This document shows, piece by piece, positions 61,095 to 64,000 of a stretch of 64,000 nt of DNA. The stretch's first letter is position 1, and each line of letters opens with the position of its first letter. Origin of the DNA: Spirochaetota bacterium (GTDB taxonomy: Bacteria > Spirochaetota > Spirochaetia > ARS1246). Location: NCBI GenBank assembly GCA_024275515.1, contig JAJRYZ010000255.1, forward strand, positions 8,890-72,889, read 5' to 3'. Both the position numbers and the translations under genes were made by a program. The notes under the pieces were generated by a model, which was not told the origin of the DNA, searched no databases, and saw only the letters and a program-made list of their open reading frames with translations.

Positions 61095-61132
61095 GCCGCA
61101 GGGGGTATACACGATTATCCCCTGCGGCTTTT
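61095..61132 (+). terminator. Stem-loop with T-tract after the SBP gene (terminator or mRNA stabiliser)
   Basis: GCCGCAGGGG...CCCCTGCGGC-TTTT. Confidence 0.65.
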
Positions 61133-61150
61133 CTCCGAATAAGGTGAGTC

Positions 61151-61999
61151 ATGGACAAGGCACGGATAGCCATGCTGGAGCGCACGGCGACGCAGGTGCG
61201 CATCGATGTTGTGAAAATGATTACCGCGGGCGGCTCCGGGCATCCGGGTGGATCACTCTCTGCGGTGGACATACTCACCGCGCTGTTTTTTCACGTCATG
61301 CGCGTCCGTCCGGAGCGACCCACCTGGGAGGATCGGGACCGCTTCATTCTCTCCAAAGGCCACGCGGCCCCGGCGCTCTACGCCGTTCTGGCCGAGCGGG
61401 GATACTTCCCCGTCGATTGGCTCGGGACCTTCAGCGGAGACGGCAGCCGTCTGCAGAAGCACCCGGATATGAAGCTTGTTCCTGGGATCGAGATATCCAC
61501 CGGGGCGCTTGGTTTGGGTCTTTCGGTGGCGGTTGGAGTCGCGCTGGACGGACGACTGCGAGGAAAAGACTACCGAGTCTACGTCATGATAGGCGACGGA
61601 GAGAACGATGAAGGGCAGATTTGGGAAGCCGCCATGAGTGCGGCGCATTTTCGAGTCTCCAAGGTCACCGCGTTTCTCGATCGCAACGGACTGCAGGTTG
61701 ACGGTACGACCGACGAAGTCATGAGCCTGTCGCCTTTGAGCGACAAATGGCGCGCTTTCGGTTGGCACGTCGTCGAGGCCGACGGACACGACATGCGTCG
61801 GATACTGTCCGCCGTCTCGGAGGCCCATTCGGTAACCGATAGGCCCTCTATGATCATCGCCAAAACCGTGAAAGGAAAAGGCGTACCTTTCATCGAGAAC
61901 AGGGTGGAATGGCACGCGGGCTCTTTCACGCCGGATCAGGAAAAAAACGCGTTGGCGTCGCTGCCGCTGCAGGCGTCGGACGCCGAGAGACGGCCATGA
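61151..61999 (+). CDS. Split transketolase, N-terminal subunit, copy 2
   Basis: GHPGGSLS, DRFILSKGH, LQKHP, GDGENDEG...DRN, KGKGV...WH. Confidence 0.92.
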   Translation: MDKARIAMLERTATQVRIDVVKMITAGGSGHPGGSLSAVDILTALFFHVMRVRPERPTWEDRDRFILSKGHAAPALYAVLAERGYFPVDWLGTFSGDGSRLQKHPDMKLVPGIEISTGALGLGLSVAVGVALDGRLRGKDYRVYVMIGDGENDEGQIWEAAMSAAHFRVSKVTAFLDRNGLQVDGTTDEVMSLSPLSDKWRAFGWHVVEADGHDMRRILSAVSEAHSVTDRPSMIIAKTVKGKGVPFIENRVEWHAGSFTPDQEKNALASLPLQASDAERRP

Positions 62000-62955
62000 G
62001 TGGGGATAAGAGTCGTCCCGCGCTGGACAACATCTACGAGAAAGTGCTCGTCGAGGTGGGAGACAAAACGCCGGACCTCGTCGTGATAGACGCCGATCTT
62101 GCGCGGGCGTCTCAAACCAAGCTTTTCATGCAGAGGTATCCCGAACGCTATTTCGACGTGGGAATCGCGGAGCAGAACATGACCGGGATCGCCGCCGGTT
62201 TCGCCCTGTCCGGCAGACCCGTCATCATCAGCACCTTCGCCGTTTTCTTGACCAAGCGGGCGTGCGACCAGGTGAGCATGTGCGTGGCGTATACCGAGCT
62301 CAACGTGAAGCTCATCGGAATAGAAGCAGGATTGAGCTCCGGAAGAAACGGCGCCACCCATCAGGCGGTCGAAGATATCGCGATAATGCGCTCGATGCCG
62401 AATATGACGGTGATGGCGCCGGTAGACGTGGTGGAGATTCGGGAAGCCGTGGCGGCCGCGGTTGCTTATCGGGGACCGGTGTACATGAGAATGAGGAGGG
62501 GCCGGGTTCCCGTGATATTCGGCGACGACTACGAGTTCAGGTGGGGCAAGGGCGTGGTCATGCGCAGCGGGGGCGACCTGACGATAATCAGCACAGGCAT
62601 AATGACGGAGGAGGCGCTGTCGGCCGCGACGATGCTCGAAGAGCAGGGGATCGGCGCTGCCGTGCTTCATATCCATACGATAAAGCCGTTGGATGAGGAG
62701 CTGATCGTACGGAGCGCACAGAAAACCGGCGCGGTCGTGACCGCCGAAAACCACAACATTCTGGGCGGACTGGGCGGCGCCGTTGCGGAGGTCCTCGGCG
62801 AGCGGTGCCCGGTACCCATGAAGCGCGTCGGTATCAGGGATCTTTTCGGAGAGACGGGCACCACCGAGTACCTCTTCGAAAAGTATCACCTTCTGGCTCG
62901 GGACATAGTGGACGCTGCACGGTCGGTTTTGGAAAGAAAGTGCCGGACAAGATGA
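61996..62955 (+). CDS. Split transketolase-like C-terminal subunit, copy 2 (atypical active site)
   Basis: GIAEQNM, RACDQ, IEAGLSSGRNGATHQ, TIKPLD, GGLGGAVAE. Confidence 0.9.
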   Translation: MSGDKSRPALDNIYEKVLVEVGDKTPDLVVIDADLARASQTKLFMQRYPERYFDVGIAEQNMTGIAAGFALSGRPVIISTFAVFLTKRACDQVSMCVAYTELNVKLIGIEAGLSSGRNGATHQAVEDIAIMRSMPNMTVMAPVDVVEIREAVAAAVAYRGPVYMRMRRGRVPVIFGDDYEFRWGKGVVMRSGGDLTIISTGIMTEEALSAATMLEEQGIGAAVLHIHTIKPLDEELIVRSAQKTGAVVTAENHNILGGLGGAVAEVLGERCPVPMKRVGIRDLFGETGTTEYLFEKYHLLARDIVDAARSVLERKCRTR

Positions 62956-63012
62956 CCGCAGGTCCCGATCGCTTTTACCGCTCGGGCGGTCCGACACGAG
63001 GAGGGCAAAAAG

Positions 63013-63375
63013 ATGTATACGATTCACGAAGGGGACGTGGAGGCGGTGGAGCTTCCGGGGCGGAAGCACAAAATGATCATCGGTCCCGACAATTTCGGCG
63101 GAGCGGAGTCGATGTGTTTCGGAGTTGCCGACTTTCCTCCCAACGCGCACGCACCCGCACACGTACACGAGGTGGAGGAGGAGATTCTCTACGTCCTGTC
63201 GGGCGCAGGCGACATGTTCTTTGACGGAAAACCGGAGGCGCTTCGGCCCGGAACATGCATCTACGTGCCTCCCGGTGTTGAGCACAGCATCAACAACACC
63301 TGCGATGAAGTCCTAAAGGTGTCCTACGTGTTTTCACCACCGGTGCGGCAGGGCTCATACGACGCGAAACGGTAG
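63013..63375 (+). CDS. Cupin-domain protein
   Basis: PAHVHEVEEEILYVLSG...G....VPPGVEH. Confidence 0.9.
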   Translation: MYTIHEGDVEAVELPGRKHKMIIGPDNFGGAESMCFGVADFPPNAHAPAHVHEVEEEILYVLSGAGDMFFDGKPEALRPGTCIYVPPGVEHSINNTCDEVLKVSYVFSPPVRQGSYDAKR

Positions 63376-63395
63376 AAATAAGCAAGGAGAATGAC

Positions 63396-63809
63396 ATGGC
63401 GACAAAGAAGGCGATAAAAGTCAATCCCCACGACGTAGAATCTATTTCTCTCTCTCAGAGGGTTAATTATAAGATGATAGATCCCACGACGGTGGACTCG
63501 CGGCATCTCACCTTCGGGATGGTCGTTGTTGAACCGTTCGGCACGTGCGAACCCGGACATGCGCACGACGATCAGGAGGAGATTTTCTTCTGCCTTACGG
63601 GCAACGGAGTCATCATTGCCGATGACGATAGAAAGGAGATACCTATCGGACCCAAGGACGCCGTGTTTTTTCCCATCGGTGTGTACCATTCAATCAAGAA
63701 TCCGTACAACACCCCCTTGGAAGCGCTGTGGATTATTTCTCCGGCCGGCTGGGTATTCGACCGGAATCCCGAGATGAAAAAACGAGCGCAGAGGGGCGAG
63801 GAAGGGTGA
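63396..63809 (+). CDS. Cupin-domain protein
   Basis: GHAHDDQEEIFFCLTG...FPIGVYH. Confidence 0.9.
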   Translation: MATKKAIKVNPHDVESISLSQRVNYKMIDPTTVDSRHLTFGMVVVEPFGTCEPGHAHDDQEEIFFCLTGNGVIIADDDRKEIPIGPKDAVFFPIGVYHSIKNPYNTPLEALWIISPAGWVFDRNPEMKKRAQRGEEG

Positions 63810-63887
63810 TTTCGGGTAATCCGATTTGCGCGACAACTGCGACGCTTTCCGTATTCCCGGAGCGCGGTGGGCAAAAGGGCGACGGTA

Positions 63888-64000
63888 GTGAAAACGAGCC
63901 TGGCAATACGGGCGTTTGAAGATTTCTCGTCGTCCGAGCTCGACGAACGCCTGGGAAGCGTCGCGGCATGGGGATACGATGCAGTCGAGCCGATGATTTG
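63888..64000 (+). CDS. Probable sugar isomerase/epimerase (xylose-isomerase-like TIM barrel), 5' fragment
   Basis: GTG start gives MKTSLAIRAF...LDERLGSVAAWGYDAVEPMI; GYD.VE is typical of this family's N-terminus. Truncated by the window edge. Confidence 0.55.
   Translation, partial: MKTSLAIRAFEDFSSSELDERLGSVAAWGYDAVEPMI

Noticed and set aside
1-64000. CRISPR arrays, tRNA/rRNA genes, IS elements, integrases, prophage genes
   Set aside because: No regularly spaced direct repeats, RNA-gene signatures or transposase/integrase motifs were seen by eye; intergenic gaps are short.

Overview
Gene-dense bacterial chromosome segment, probably from a free-living anaerobic spirochaete. This is inferred from solute-binding proteins with Cys-less 'VFA/SG..E'-type N-termini, CheX, and many Firmicutes-like YesMN/sugar-ABC cassettes. 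I found no rRNA, tRNA, CRISPR array or transposase. Five blocks: (1) 1-11.9 kb: an operon of iclR, a three-module cobalamin/Fe-S (QueG/reductive-dehalogenase-fold) protein and YesN/YesM, divergent from a carbohydrate ABC importer, followed by a sulfatase and a flavodiiron protein. (2) 12.4-20.5 kb: FAD oxidoreductase, YesNM and a second sugar ABC cassette. (3) 20.7-38.4 kb: a chemosensory cluster (NIT-domain MCP, cheB, REC protein, frameshifted cheR, cheY, cheA split by an in-frame TGA, cheW), next to an HD-GYP regulator, a 1796-aa hybrid kinase, HPt, CheY and CheX. (4) 38.5-48 kb: stress/metal genes (hemerythrin, Fe-S-associated protein, Fur with a Ni/Co permease, an orphan cytochrome b, Fic) and an uncharacterised 820-aa protein. 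(5) 48-64 kb: a LacI-associated catabolic locus with a GH2 beta-glucuronidase, a sulfatase, an Opp-type importer, TWO split transketolases, two cupins and a TIM-barrel isomerase. The best candidates for undescribed biology are the triple-module B12/Fe-S enzyme inside a sugar-uptake locus and the twin-transketolase pathway, whose second enzyme has a remodelled acceptor pocket. All calls come from motif reading by eye, with no database searches.
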